Part shown: piece after piece, positions 18,057 through 28,533 of the stretch
Numbering within the stretch: the first letter of the stretch is position 1
Layout of the letters: the number at the start of each line of letters is the position of its first letter
Assembly (NCBI GenBank): GCA_964248365.1
Contig: CAXTYC010000013.1
Location: 1 to 64,000, forward strand
Source: an uncultured Chroococcidiopsis sp.
GTDB lineage: Bacteria; Cyanobacteriota; Cyanobacteriia; Cyanobacteriales; Chroococcidiopsidaceae
DNA length: 64,000 nucleotides
Direction of reading: 5' to 3'
Position numbers and translations under genes: made by a program
The notes under the pieces: model-generated
Databases searched by the model: none
Seen by the model: only the letters and a program-made list of their open reading frames with translations
Told to the model about the DNA's origin: nothing

Positions 18057-19406
18057 ATGAAATTATCCGAGACAGTATTTAGCGTTGATAGCCTTTCAAC
18101 GTCAGGCTCTCTAGTTCGCAAACATTGGCAAGATGTGGTGTTCGTAGTTGCGATCGCAATCATAGCGGGTTTGGTATCCTATCTTGGCGCACATTCGATC
18201 AATCCCGCCCTGACATGGGATAAGCAGACTACCGATACGTGGTTCAACAACGATACAACCCGCGCTTTTGACGATATGGCTGTTTATGCCGTCGATCATT
18301 ATCGGACAAATTTGCATCCATTGTTTGTCGTCTTGACAATGCCGTTTGTGAATGCACTGAGGAGTTTATTTTCGCTTGATGCAGTAACAGCAGTTAGAAT
18401 AGTCCTTGCCGCAAATACATCAATTTGGTTTGGCGTATTATTTCTAACATTAAGACTAATTGGTTGCCGCCGACTTGATGCGACACTATTTAGCATACTG
18501 GCAGCAGTCAGCGCCGCCAGTGTATTTTGGTTTACAATGCCCGAAACTTATCCCTTCGGCTCCACAACTATGCTACTAGGACTAACTTTAGTAGCACTGG
18601 CAGAATATCAAAAGTTGTCACCACTGTGGTACGTGCTTGTCGGCGTTCTCACATTGGGCATCACGATCACTAACTGGATGGTGGCAATATTTGCCGCATT
18701 TGTCAAGTTTCGCCCCAAGCGGGCAGCGCTAATTACAATTGCATCATTTGTCATCGTCTGCGTCCTGGTACTGTTGCAAAAAGCTATTCTTCCAGCTTTT
18801 AATGCAGGATTTTTGCGCCTGTGGGTAAATGCTACCGATGAAGCAGGATCAACAGGTGTGCTAAAAGCCGAATTTGGCGGTCCCATGACAGCCATCAAAT
18901 GCGTCATCTTTGACACAATGGTAATGCCAGCCATCGGATTAGTAAAGAATGTGCATGGTTTTCCGGCTTGGGCTAGCATGAGTGTACAATGGTCTACCCC
19001 AGGTAGTGGTAGTATTTGGGGTGCGATCGCAGTTGTCTTGTGGATGGCACTATTTAGTTTGGGAATATGGGGGTTATTCTCGATTCGGCAACATCGAGCA
19101 TTTCGGATCGTTCTAGGACTTAGCCTACTCGGACAAATTGCCCTAGAAGCAGTATACGGCGATGAAAGATTTCCCCATGCTACCCATATGCTGCCATTTT
19201 TAGTATTAGTAGCAGCACTAAGCGCCCTCACCCGTGCCAGGATATTAGCATTAGTTTTAACAGCAGCATTGATCTTCACAGCAGGGGTAAATAACGGTTT
19301 GCTATTCGAGCAGGCAAGAGCGTTTACTTACAATCAAGGTTTGCTACGTCAACAAGTCCCAGTGGAAAGCTGGATACAACTGCGTCCAGATGCTAATTCA
19401 AAATAA
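18057..19406 (+). CDS. polytopic membrane protein, putative GT-C glycosyltransferase
   Basis: about 11 hydrophobic segments; acidic loop after TM1 then LHPLF, and a PETY motif; ATG 18057 has SD AGAGGAG. Confidence 0.6.
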   Translation: MKLSETVFSVDSLSTSGSLVRKHWQDVVFVVAIAIIAGLVSYLGAHSINPALTWDKQTTDTWFNNDTTRAFDDMAVYAVDHYRTNLHPLFVVLTMPFVNALRSLFSLDAVTAVRIVLAANTSIWFGVLFLTLRLIGCRRLDATLFSILAAVSAASVFWFTMPETYPFGSTTMLLGLTLVALAEYQKLSPLWYVLVGVLTLGITITNWMVAIFAAFVKFRPKRAALITIASFVIVCVLVLLQKAILPAFNAGFLRLWVNATDEAGSTGVLKAEFGGPMTAIKCVIFDTMVMPAIGLVKNVHGFPAWASMSVQWSTPGSGSIWGAIAVVLWMALFSLGIWGLFSIRQHRAFRIVLGLSLLGQIALEAVYGDERFPHATHMLPFLVLVAALSALTRARILALVLTAALIFTAGVNNGLLFEQARAFTYNQGLLRQQVPVESWIQLRPDANSK

Positions 19407-19422
19407 GGACGTGGCTCGTTCT

Positions 19423-19454
19423 ATGCACCGGATATTCAAATGTTTTCGGTGCAT
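19423..19454 (+). terminator. hairpin after the GT-C-like gene
   Basis: ATGCACCGGA...TTCGGTGCAT; no U-tract. Confidence 0.45.
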
Positions 19455-19551
19455 GGGAAAATTAATTTTAGATTTTAGGTGCGCTGATTTTGGATTAAAT
19501 CTAAAATCTACAATCTACAATCTAAAATTGCTGGGAGCTACAAGGAATTAA

Positions 19552-20922
19552 GTGAAAGTTTTAGTAGTAGGTAATGGGGGACGAGAACACACTATAGCTT
19601 GGAAATTACTGCAAAGCCAGCAGATAGAACAAGTATATTGTGTTCCTGGCAATGGAGGTACGGCAACCCTTAAGAGTTGCCAAAACGTACCTTTGAGCGT
19701 AGATGACTTTGAAAGCATTGGAAAATTTGCTCAAGAAAATGACATTGCTTTAGTTGTGGTAGGTCCAGAATTACCGCTAGCAAAGGGCATTACCGACTAC
19801 CTTCAACGCAAGGGTGTAATGGTATTTGGTCCCACCAAAGCAGGAGCTACAATTGAGGCGAGTAAAGCTTGGGCAAAAGCACTAATGCAAGAAGCAGGAA
19901 TTCCTACAGCTTCATCAGCAGTATTTACAACAGCCAAAGCAGCGAAGGAATATGTAGTAGACCGAGGAGCGCCCATTGTCGTCAAAGCTGACGGCTTGGC
20001 AGCTGGTAAGGGTGTGACAGTTGCTACGACAGTTGAACAAGCACATAATGCCATTGAAGCAATCTTCCAAGGGCAATTTGGCAGTGCGGGTAAGTTTGTC
20101 GTAGTTGAAGATTGTTTGACTGGGGAAGAAGCTTCAGTTTTGGCATTGACAGATGGGGTGACAATTCGCCCTTTATTACCAGCACAGGATCACAAACGCA
20201 TTGGCGAAGGTGATACAGGGGAAAATACGGGCGGAATGGGAGCCTATGCACCTGCACCTTTGGTAACACCAGCTTTGATGGCAAGAATTGAGACTGATGT
20301 TTTACAAAGAGCGATCGCTACTCTAAGAAATAGAGGCATTGACTACCGAGGTGTACTTTATGCAGGTTTGATGATTACACCTGATGGCTCATTCAAAGTT
20401 TTAGAATTTAACTGTCGCTTTGGCGATCCTGAAACACAGGCAATTTTACCACTGATGGAAACGCCTTTAGAAGAGTTGCTAATTGCCTGTTGCGAACAGC
20501 GTTTATCACAAATGCCTCCCATCCAATGGAAAACCGGGGCTGCTGCTTGTGTCGTTGCTGCTGCTGGCGGTTATCCAGGCGAATATCAAAAAGGGCAAGT
20601 GATTACCGGAATTGAATCAGCCGAGGAATTGGGAGCTTGTGTATTTCATGCTGGAACTAAGTTAAAAGCTGAGGGAGCTGAGGAAGCGTTGGTTGCTGAG
20701 GGAGAAAATTCAATTCAAAATCCCCCAGCCCCTAGTCCCCAGCCCCTAGCCCCTTCCCTAGTGACAGATGGTGGTCGAGTGTTGGGTGTAACTGGCATCG
20801 GAGAGAATTTTGATCTTGCGATCGCCAGGGCTTACTCTGCACTGAGTCAAATTCACTTTGACCAAATGTATTATCGCCGCGATATTGGACACCGAATAAA
20901 GGGGCTAGGGGCTGGAGGCTAG
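19552..20922 (+). CDS. purD: phosphoribosylamine-glycine ligase
   Basis: GNGGREH, VVKADGLAAGKGV, QDHKR, NTGGMGAY, EFNCRFGDPETQ. Confidence 0.97.
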   Translation: MKVLVVGNGGREHTIAWKLLQSQQIEQVYCVPGNGGTATLKSCQNVPLSVDDFESIGKFAQENDIALVVVGPELPLAKGITDYLQRKGVMVFGPTKAGATIEASKAWAKALMQEAGIPTASSAVFTTAKAAKEYVVDRGAPIVVKADGLAAGKGVTVATTVEQAHNAIEAIFQGQFGSAGKFVVVEDCLTGEEASVLALTDGVTIRPLLPAQDHKRIGEGDTGENTGGMGAYAPAPLVTPALMARIETDVLQRAIATLRNRGIDYRGVLYAGLMITPDGSFKVLEFNCRFGDPETQAILPLMETPLEELLIACCEQRLSQMPPIQWKTGAAACVVAAAGGYPGEYQKGQVITGIESAEELGACVFHAGTKLKAEGAEEALVAEGENSIQNPPAPSPQPLAPSLVTDGGRVLGVTGIGENFDLAIARAYSALSQIHFDQMYYRRDIGHRIKGLGAGG

Positions 20923-21084
20923 AGGCAAGAGGAAGCGCGGGGCTAGAGGCAAGAGAACCTCTCGCCTCGTGCCTCTCCCTCTCCCTAGCCCCTAGCCCCT
21001 AGTCCCTAGCCCCTCCTCTTTGAATTCTGGGTTAAAAAACTTTACCTTAGTACTGAGGACTCATAACGGAATAAACTTGCCCAA

Positions 21085-23043
21085 ATGCTTGCGCTGCTAA
21101 AAACAATTCGAGAAGCGATCGCCCGCTGGTGGTCAGAGTTAACCCTCCCTACCAAACTGATGGCTGCCGCCACGTTGGTGGTTTCGTTGATCGTGAGCGG
21201 TTTCACCTTTTGGGCTGTCAACACAATTCAACTCGATGCCCGTCTAAATGAAACCCGCTTCGGTCGAGATCTTGGACTCTTACTTGCTTCCAACGTTGCC
21301 CCCCTAGTGGCAGAAAATAATCTTACCGAAGTCGCCCAATTTTCCCAACGCTTCTACAGCAACACTTCGAGTGTGCGGTATATGCTTTACGCCGACGAAG
21401 CGGGGAAAATCTTTTTTGGTCTTCCCTTTTGGGAACCAGCAGTACAAAATTCTCTTACAATTGAGCGACGAATTCATCTACCAGAAGACTACGCTGCCAG
21501 TTCGGACATTCCTATGGTACGGCAACACAACTCGCCGGACGGGGAAGTTACAGATGTTTTTGTGCCTCTAAATCACGAAGGCAAATACCTGGGTGTTCTA
21601 TCCATTGGTATTAACCCTAACCCTACTGTTGTCACCTCCTCAAGCCTTACCCGTGATGTTACAATTGCTGTTTTTGTCTCCATCTGGGTAATGGTAATTT
21701 TGGGAGCTGTATTTAATACCCTCATGATCACCCAACCAATTAGAGAGCTACTGGTGGGTGTCAAAAACATTGCAGCGGGGAATTTCAAGCAACGAATTGA
21801 CCTGCCTGTGGGTGGAGAACTAAAAGAATTAATCCTCAGCTTCAATGAAATGGCAGAGCGACTAGAGCGCTATGAAGAACAAAATATTGAAGAATTAACC
21901 GCACAGAAAGCAAAATTGGAAACATTGGTTTCTACGATTGCTGATGGGGCAGTATTACTTGACACCGATATGCAAGTAATATTAGTTAACCCCACAGCGC
22001 GGCGAATTTTTAGCTGGGAGAATAGTGATGTAGTGGGAGACAATATTCTGCATCAATTACCGCAATCAGTGCAAATAGAATTGGCACGCCCCTTGTTAAA
22101 AATTGCTAGCGGTGAAAGCGAAAGCGCTGAGTTCCGAATTCCCCTCTACCAGCCGACCAACCGCACGATTCGGATTCTTTTGACTACGGTCTTAGATCAG
22201 TACCGAGAAAGCACCAAGGGCATTGCTATGACTGTGCAAGATATCACTCGTGAAGTAGAACTAAACGAGGCAAAAAGCCAGTTTATTAGCAATGTATCTC
22301 ACGAATTGCGAACACCTCTGTTTAATATCAAGACATATATCGAAACCCTGCACGATTACGGCGAAAACCTGAGTGAAACTGAACGGCGAGAATTTCTAGA
22401 AACCGCCAATCATGAAACTGATCGCCTCACTCGTTTAGTCAACGACGTTTTAGATTTATCCCGCTTGGAATCTTGCCGTATTTACCGCTTTGATGCTGTC
22501 GATTTGGCGCAAGCGATCGAGCAGACACTACGCACTTACCAACTGAATGCTAAAGATAAAGGCGTTGAATTGATTCAGGAAATTGACACCGATTTGCCAT
22601 CAGTGATAGGTCACTACGATTTGTTGTTACAAGTCTTTACAAATTTGGTTGGTAATGCACTCAAGTTCACGCAGTCAGGGGGAAAAGTCGCAATTCGTGC
22701 CTATCAGCTAGATCAAAATTCCACTTCAAAAGTGGTGCGGGTCGAAGTCTCTGATACTGGTATTGGCATTGATCCAGAAGACCAACAAGCAATTTTTGAG
22801 CGCTTTTTCCGCGTAGAAAACCGAGTTCACACTCTAGAAGGTACAGGGCTGGGTCTTTCAATTGTAAGAAATATCATGGATAAGCACCAAACTACAGTAC
22901 ATCTGGTAAGTGAAGTCGGCATCGGTACTACTTTCTGGTTCGATTTAGCTGTATTTGAAGAACCAGCAAAGGCGAATAATCTGCCCGCTGTTGATGCTTT
23001 AGCTGGGAACCCAACAGTTGAGACTACTGCTACTGTGATTTAG
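21085..23043 (+). CDS. nblS: sensor histidine kinase NblS/Hik33
   Basis: TM-HAMP-PAS-HisKA-HATPase; RFGRDLGLLLA and SHELRTPLFNIK; follows purD. Confidence 0.92.
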   Translation: MLALLKTIREAIARWWSELTLPTKLMAAATLVVSLIVSGFTFWAVNTIQLDARLNETRFGRDLGLLLASNVAPLVAENNLTEVAQFSQRFYSNTSSVRYMLYADEAGKIFFGLPFWEPAVQNSLTIERRIHLPEDYAASSDIPMVRQHNSPDGEVTDVFVPLNHEGKYLGVLSIGINPNPTVVTSSSLTRDVTIAVFVSIWVMVILGAVFNTLMITQPIRELLVGVKNIAAGNFKQRIDLPVGGELKELILSFNEMAERLERYEEQNIEELTAQKAKLETLVSTIADGAVLLDTDMQVILVNPTARRIFSWENSDVVGDNILHQLPQSVQIELARPLLKIASGESESAEFRIPLYQPTNRTIRILLTTVLDQYRESTKGIAMTVQDITREVELNEAKSQFISNVSHELRTPLFNIKTYIETLHDYGENLSETERREFLETANHETDRLTRLVNDVLDLSRLESCRIYRFDAVDLAQAIEQTLRTYQLNAKDKGVELIQEIDTDLPSVIGHYDLLLQVFTNLVGNALKFTQSGGKVAIRAYQLDQNSTSKVVRVEVSDTGIGIDPEDQQAIFERFFRVENRVHTLEGTGLGLSIVRNIMDKHQTTVHLVSEVGIGTTFWFDLAVFEEPAKANNLPAVDALAGNPTVETTATVI

Positions 23044-23129
23044 TACGGGCATCACAGTCTGGGGCTATGCTTTTTACAGTTTGAATCAAAATTGCTAGTT
23101 TAGATAATAAGCGTTCCCCAGGTATTCCA

Positions 23130-23876
23130 ATGAGCCACATTGCTAAGCACAGCAGCAACGCACACTGGGCATCCACACTCAAGCTTTTCACTGTAATAGG
23201 TGGAATAACGCTTGCAAGTTACGTAACGCCTGTAGTAGCCCAGACTGATCAGACACCGAAAACTTCTATCACCCCAATCAATGTTAAAGACTTCTTCAAC
23301 CAAGGAGTGGAAAAGACTGAACGGGGAGATTTCCAAGGTGCGATTAAAGACTTTAATCAAGTTCTACGGATTAATCCTACCTTTATTGAGGCTTACTGCA
23401 ACCGAGGGATCGCCCGTGCTGGACTTGAAAACTATCAGGGAGCAATGGCAGACTTTAACTCTGCCCTACGACTCAATCCTAACCATGCTGATGCCTATAA
23501 CAAACGGGGAACTACCCTAGCGCAAATGGGTGATATTAAGGGTGCGATCGCCTCTTTTGATACAGCTTTGCGTCTTGATGCAACTTTGGTCGATGCCTAC
23601 TATAACCGAGGACTTGCCCATTCGGAACAAGGAAAGCCAATTGATGCGATCGCTGATTACAATCACGCAATACAGCTTAATCCCAATTTGGCTGAGGCTT
23701 ACGGCAACCGAGGATTTATGCGCTACCATTTGGGAGACAAACCAGGTGCGATCGCCGACTTACAGAAGGCTGCACAAATTTTTTCAGAACAGAAAAATGC
23801 GGCTGGCTACCAACAAACCTTGGCTTACATTCAAATGATGCGATCGCCAACTGCCAAACCTCCTACACTACCGTAA
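23130..23876 (+). CDS. exported TPR-repeat protein
   Basis: signal-like N-terminus; 34-aa repeats AY.NRG...A..DF..AL.LNP. Confidence 0.88.
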   Translation: MSHIAKHSSNAHWASTLKLFTVIGGITLASYVTPVVAQTDQTPKTSITPINVKDFFNQGVEKTERGDFQGAIKDFNQVLRINPTFIEAYCNRGIARAGLENYQGAMADFNSALRLNPNHADAYNKRGTTLAQMGDIKGAIASFDTALRLDATLVDAYYNRGLAHSEQGKPIDAIADYNHAIQLNPNLAEAYGNRGFMRYHLGDKPGAIADLQKAAQIFSEQKNAAGYQQTLAYIQMMRSPTAKPPTLP

Positions 23877-23895
23877 AGCTTTGATCAAACTCCTG

Positions 23896-25212
23896 CTAAC
23901 TGATAACTGTTTGCAGCAGCAACCAAATATTTAGCCCTGCAATAATGATTGCTACTGCCCATGCTAGTAGCTTCAACCATAGGGGGTTGACAAACTCTCC
24001 CATCAGGCAGCGATCTGAGGTAAACATCACCAAAGGAATTATCGCAAACGGCAACTGCAAACTTAAAACTACCTGACTGAAGACGAGCAAGCTACCTGTA
24101 CTTCTCTCGCCAAACACAATAATACAAATTAGGGCAGGCACAATTGCTGTCAATCTGGTGATCAAACGACGCAACCAGGGAGCCAAGCGCAGCTGCAAAA
24201 AGCCTTCCATTACAATCTGTCCTGCCAATGTTGCTGTCAAGGTTGAACTTTGCCCTGAAGCGAGTAAGGCTATGCCAAAAATAGCACTAGCAGCACCGAC
24301 TCCCAGTAAAGGGGAAAGCAGTTGATAAGCATCTTGAATTTCAGCTACCTGTTGATAACCTGAAAAATGAAACGTTGCGGCTGAGACAATCAAGATGGCT
24401 GAGTTGATAAATAATGCCAAAGACAGAGCTACTGTTGAATCTATAGTGCTGAACTTAATCGCTTCCCACTTTTTCTGGGAAGTTGGCTGCCAATCCCGCG
24501 TTTGCACAATAGAAGAATGAAGATACAGGTTATGTGGCATCACTGTAGCTCCCAGGATACCAATGGCGATGTAGAGCATAGCAGGGTTCGACAAAATCTC
24601 TAGCTTCGGCACATACCCCAGCAACACGCCACCTACATCAGGACGGGAAAAGAATATTTCGGCGGCAAAACAAGCACCAATGGTAGCCACTAATAAGATT
24701 ACCAATCCTTCTGTATAGCGAAATCCTTTTTTTTGTAGCAGTAGCAGTACTACCACATCGAGCGCCATAATGCATACTCCCCAGGCTAGGGGAATGCCAA
24801 ACAGGAGTTGAAGCGCGATCGCACTACCTAGAAGTTCTGCCAAATCACAAGCTACAATCGCAATTTCGCACAACAGCCACAACCAAAAACTCACCTTCGG
24901 ACTGTAATAGTCTCGACAAGCCTGTGCTAAATCCCGCCCAGTAGCCACCCCCAATCGAACACACAGCGATTGCATCAAAACTGCCATCAAGTTGGAAAGC
25001 AGAATAACGCTTAACAGCGCATAGCCAAATTTTGCCCCTCCAGCCAAGTCTGTTGCCCAATTTCCAGGGTCCATGTAGCCTACAGAAACCAGGTAGCCAG
25101 GCCCTGTATAAGCTAACATCTTCCGCCAGGAGCTTTTGCCGTTGGGAACTAAGACGCTACGATGGACTTCAGGAAGGCTGGGTTTCCTGCCAGTATTCAC
25201 GGAAAAGCGCAT
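23896..25212 (-). CDS. mntH: NRAMP Mn2+/Fe2+ transporter
   Basis: [37 protein letters not shown]. Confidence 0.95.
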   Translation of the reverse strand: MRFSVNTGRKPSLPEVHRSVLVPNGKSSWRKMLAYTGPGYLVSVGYMDPGNWATDLAGGAKFGYALLSVILLSNLMAVLMQSLCVRLGVATGRDLAQACRDYYSPKVSFWLWLLCEIAIVACDLAELLGSAIALQLLFGIPLAWGVCIMALDVVVLLLLQKKGFRYTEGLVILLVATIGACFAAEIFFSRPDVGGVLLGYVPKLEILSNPAMLYIAIGILGATVMPHNLYLHSSIVQTRDWQPTSQKKWEAIKFSTIDSTVALSLALFINSAILIVSAATFHFSGYQQVAEIQDAYQLLSPLLGVGAASAIFGIALLASGQSSTLTATLAGQIVMEGFLQLRLAPWLRRLITRLTAIVPALICIIVFGERSTGSLLVFSQVVLSLQLPFAIIPLVMFTSDRCLMGEFVNPLWLKLLAWAVAIIIAGLNIWLLLQTVIS

Positions 25213-25229
25213 TAATTTTAGCTTCCTAA

Positions 25230-25293
25230 CTTTTCATATTTATCACATAAGTAGGGTGGGCATTGGCCATCCTACTTTCATATTGTTCTCATA
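25230..25293 (-). promoter_or_regulatory. two ManR-type direct-repeat boxes upstream of mntH
   Basis: minus strand TATGAGAA-CAA-TATGAAAG (25275-25293) and TATGTGAT-AAA-TATGAAAA (25231-25249). Confidence 0.65.
25251..25275. repeat. GTAG REP-like palindrome (GTAGGGTGGGCAWTGCCCACCCTAC family)
   Basis: other copies at 27481-27505, 30578-30598, 34715-34735, 55629-55649. Confidence 0.85.
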
Positions 25294-25317
25294 ATTTTAT
25301 AATCAGTAGTTAGTGCG

Positions 25318-27306
25318 TCAATCGTCCGAAGGTAAAGTATTGTGCCTTGAATTGAGTACTCTAGTTGAGTTAAAAATCGCCAGCATTGCCACACCCACAT
25401 CGGCAAAAACAGCTTCCCACATGGTTGCTAGACCAAACACCCCTAGAGCAATAAACAACCCTTTGACTACTAAAGCAAAAATGATATTCTGCCAAACAAT
25501 TTGATGAGTCTTTCTGCCAATTTTTATCGCTTCAGCTACCTTTGACGGTGCATCCGTCATAATCACAACATCCGCAGTTTCAATTGCAGCATCAGAGCCT
25601 AATCCTCCCATCGCTATACCTACATCAGCCCTAGCAATTGAGGGAGCATCATTAATTCCATCTCCTACAAATGCAACTCTTTTGCCCTTACCTACTTGCT
25701 TGAGAATTTTTTCCATCGCATTAACTTTACCTTCTGGTAATAACTGTGCAATGTAGGAATCTATACCCAACTGAGGAGCAACACTTGCAGCGATCGCTTG
25801 ATTATCTCCTGTCAACATCACAGTTTTTTCAACCCCCAATTTCTTCAGAGATTGAATCGCCCCTCCCGCATCTTCCTTAATTTCGTCAGCAATTAAAATA
25901 TATCCAGCATAAACTCTATCTACAGCTAGATGAACAACTGTGCCATCTACATCTACAGCATAGTTAATATTTTCCCGCAGCAATAAACGGTCATTTCCTG
26001 CAATTACCACTCGACCTTGTACAATAGCTTTAATTCCATACCCAGCAATTTCTTCGTAATTTTCAACATCAGATAAATCAATATTTTTTCCATATGCTTC
26101 TCGAATCGATTGAGCAATCGGATGATTTGAATGTGATTCTACCTTCGCTGCTAGAGTCATTAACTGTGCTGTCGTAAAACCATTTTCTGGTACTACTTGC
26201 GTTACTTTGAATACACCTTTTGTTAGCGTTCCTGTTTTATCAAAAACGACTGTCTTCACTGCTGCTAAGGTATCCAAAAAGGTAGAACCTTTAACTAAAA
26301 TTCCTCGCCTTGCAGCACCTCCAACTCCTCCAAAATAACCAAGGGGAATACTAATTACGAGTCCACAAGGACAAGAAATAACTAAAATGACAAGCGCACG
26401 GTAAACCCACTCCCTACTTGTTTCCCCAGGAATTAGTAAAGGAGGAAGCAGAGCAACTGCCAGGGAAATAAAAACCACAACTGGTGTATAATAACGGGCA
26501 AACTTGGTAATAAACTTTTGTGTCTCGGCTTTTTTACTGCTTGCATTCTCAACCGAGTCAAGAATTTTAGCTATTGAAGATTCACCAAATAGTCGAGTTA
26601 CCTTGAGGGTAATAACTCCCGTTTGGTTAATCATTCCTGCTAAAACACTTTCTCCTACTTTTACAGTCCGAGGAACTGATTCACCAGTTAAAGCGGATGT
26701 GTCTACCTGAGAGTTACCATCTATAATTTCACCATCTAAAGGAATTTTTTCTCCTGGCTTTACAACTATAACGTTTCCTATATCTACTATTTCTGGAGAT
26801 ACTTTTTTTATTTCTCCATTTACTTTCAAATTGGCATAATCAGGACGGATTTCTAACAGAGACTTAATCGATTTCCGAGAACGACTAACCGAAAGCTCTT
26901 GAAATAATTCTCCGACTTTGTAAAATAACATTACTCCTACAGCTTCTGGTAATTGGTGGATGGCGATCGCCCCCAATGTCGCCACAGTCATCAAGAAGTT
27001 TTCATCAAATATTCTGCCTTTTAAAACATTGCGTCCCGCACTAGATAAAACTTTCCAACCACTCAAAAGATAGGCGGGAATAAACAACAGATATTCAACA
27101 AAAGAAAAACCACTTGCATGAAACCTATCTTCAAAAATTAAACCAGGAATGTATAAAGCAGCAACCCCAGCAAGAGGTAGTAACTCTTGTTTGAGGCTGA
27201 ATTCTCCCTCACCCCCGTGAGTGTGACTATGATCGTGATCGTGGTCGTGGCGATCGTCATCAGAGCAAGCACAACAGCCCGAATGGTTTGAGTCTAATTT
27301 TTTCAT
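25318..27306 (-). CDS. Zn/Cd/Pb-type P1B ATPase with His-rich N-terminus
   Basis: LTGES, SCPC, DKTGTLT, HP, GDGINDAP; N-terminal CCAC and HDHDHDHSHTH. Confidence 0.93.
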   Translation of the reverse strand: MKKLDSNHSGCCACSDDDRHDHDHDHSHTHGGEGEFSLKQELLPLAGVAALYIPGLIFEDRFHASGFSFVEYLLFIPAYLLSGWKVLSSAGRNVLKGRIFDENFLMTVATLGAIAIHQLPEAVGVMLFYKVGELFQELSVSRSRKSIKSLLEIRPDYANLKVNGEIKKVSPEIVDIGNVIVVKPGEKIPLDGEIIDGNSQVDTSALTGESVPRTVKVGESVLAGMINQTGVITLKVTRLFGESSIAKILDSVENASSKKAETQKFITKFARYYTPVVVFISLAVALLPPLLIPGETSREWVYRALVILVISCPCGLVISIPLGYFGGVGGAARRGILVKGSTFLDTLAAVKTVVFDKTGTLTKGVFKVTQVVPENGFTTAQLMTLAAKVESHSNHPIAQSIREAYGKNIDLSDVENYEEIAGYGIKAIVQGRVVIAGNDRLLLRENINYAVDVDGTVVHLAVDRVYAGYILIADEIKEDAGGAIQSLKKLGVEKTVMLTGDNQAIAASVAPQLGIDSYIAQLLPEGKVNAMEKILKQVGKGKRVAFVGDGINDAPSIARADVGIAMGGLGSDAAIETADVVIMTDAPSKVAEAIKIGRKTHQIVWQNIIFALVVKGLFIALGVFGLATMWEAVFADVGVAMLAIFNSTRVLNSRHNTLPSDD

Positions 27307-27326
27307 AATTCCATTATTATTGGATA

Positions 27327-27344
27327 ATTGAACACTTATTCAAT
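27327..27344. promoter_or_regulatory. SmtB/ArsR-type operator upstream of the P1B ATPase
   Basis: ATTGAA-CACTTA-TTCAAT inverted repeat, 20 nt upstream of the ATG, resembling the smt operator core TGAACA-NN-TATTCA. Confidence 0.65.
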
Positions 27345-27567
27345 AATATATGAAAAGTTGTGTTTTGAAGAATACAAGCTTAATAAATATAAGCTGGTAA
27401 AAGAGAAAGATAATTATTCTCAAGAGTCTCAGAAAATCTAGAATAATTTAACTTTATTTATGAGAATATTTGATAAAAATGTAAGGTGGGCATTGCCCAC
27501 CCTACTATGTAAACTGCTTTGTGAATGATATCTTTTGATGGCATTTGGAATTGCACGGGCAAAGATT

Positions 27568-28533
27568 TTAAGCACAAGCAAATATTTGTCCAACTTGCTT
27601 CAAATCCACATTGCCGCCGCTGATAATAACACCAATTCGCGCATTTGGGGCGGTAACAACACCTTCTAACAAGGCGGCGGCGGCTAATACTCCCGTAGGT
27701 TCAACCACAATTTTCATTCTTTCCCACAAGAAAAACATGGTGCGTCGAATAGCTGACTCAGATACCGTCACCATGTCATCAACGTAATGCAGCACTAGGG
27801 GAAAGGTAATTTTCCCTAAAGAAGGGGTACGAGCGCCGTCAGCAACGGTATCGGGATTATGTACAGTATGCAGCGTTTTGGTATGAAACGATCGCGTGGC
27901 ATCGTCTGCCCTTTCCGGTTCCACACCAATGACTCGACATTCGGGGGATAATTTTTTAGTTGCGATCGCGCACCCCGAAAGCAACCCACCGCCACCGCAG
28001 CAAACTAGCAGCAGATCCAATTGACCAACTTCGTCAATTAGTTCTTTAGCTGTTGTACCTTGCCCCGCTATCACATGGGGATGATCGAAAGGGGGAATAA
28101 ATGTCAATTGACGCTCATCGATCAGCTTTTGCGCTAAGTCTTCCCTTGTCATTTCCACACGGTTGTAAAGCAACACCTCTGCACCGTAACCCCTAGTTGC
28201 GGCTTGCTTGACAGATGGCGCATCGTCTGGCATCACAATGGTGGTAGGAATGCCCAGTAGCTGTCCAGATAGAGCGATCGCCTGGGCATGATTTCCCGAC
28301 GAATACGCCAGCACACCTTGCCGCTTTTGAGCATCAGATAGCTGTGATAAGGCATTATATGCGCCCCGAAACTTAAACGAGCCTGTGCGCTGAAAATTCT
28401 CGCATTTAAAGAATACTTCGCTTTTTACGAGCGTATTGACTGTTTTTGAGGTTAAAACTGGCGTTTTGTGTGCCACGCCTGCTAACCACCGCCCAGCAGT
28501 TGCAATATCACCAAATCTGACGCTTTTAGACAT
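27568..28533 (-). CDS. PLP-dependent threonine/serine dehydratase family (threo-3-hydroxyaspartate ammonia-lyase-like)
   Basis: KCENFQRTGSFKFRGA, SSGNHAQ, GGGGLLSG, SGGNVD. Confidence 0.9.
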   Translation of the reverse strand: MSKSVRFGDIATAGRWLAGVAHKTPVLTSKTVNTLVKSEVFFKCENFQRTGSFKFRGAYNALSQLSDAQKRQGVLAYSSGNHAQAIALSGQLLGIPTTIVMPDDAPSVKQAATRGYGAEVLLYNRVEMTREDLAQKLIDERQLTFIPPFDHPHVIAGQGTTAKELIDEVGQLDLLLVCCGGGGLLSGCAIATKKLSPECRVIGVEPERADDATRSFHTKTLHTVHNPDTVADGARTPSLGKITFPLVLHYVDDMVTVSESAIRRTMFFLWERMKIVVEPTGVLAAAALLEGVVTAPNARIGVIISGGNVDLKQVGQIFACA

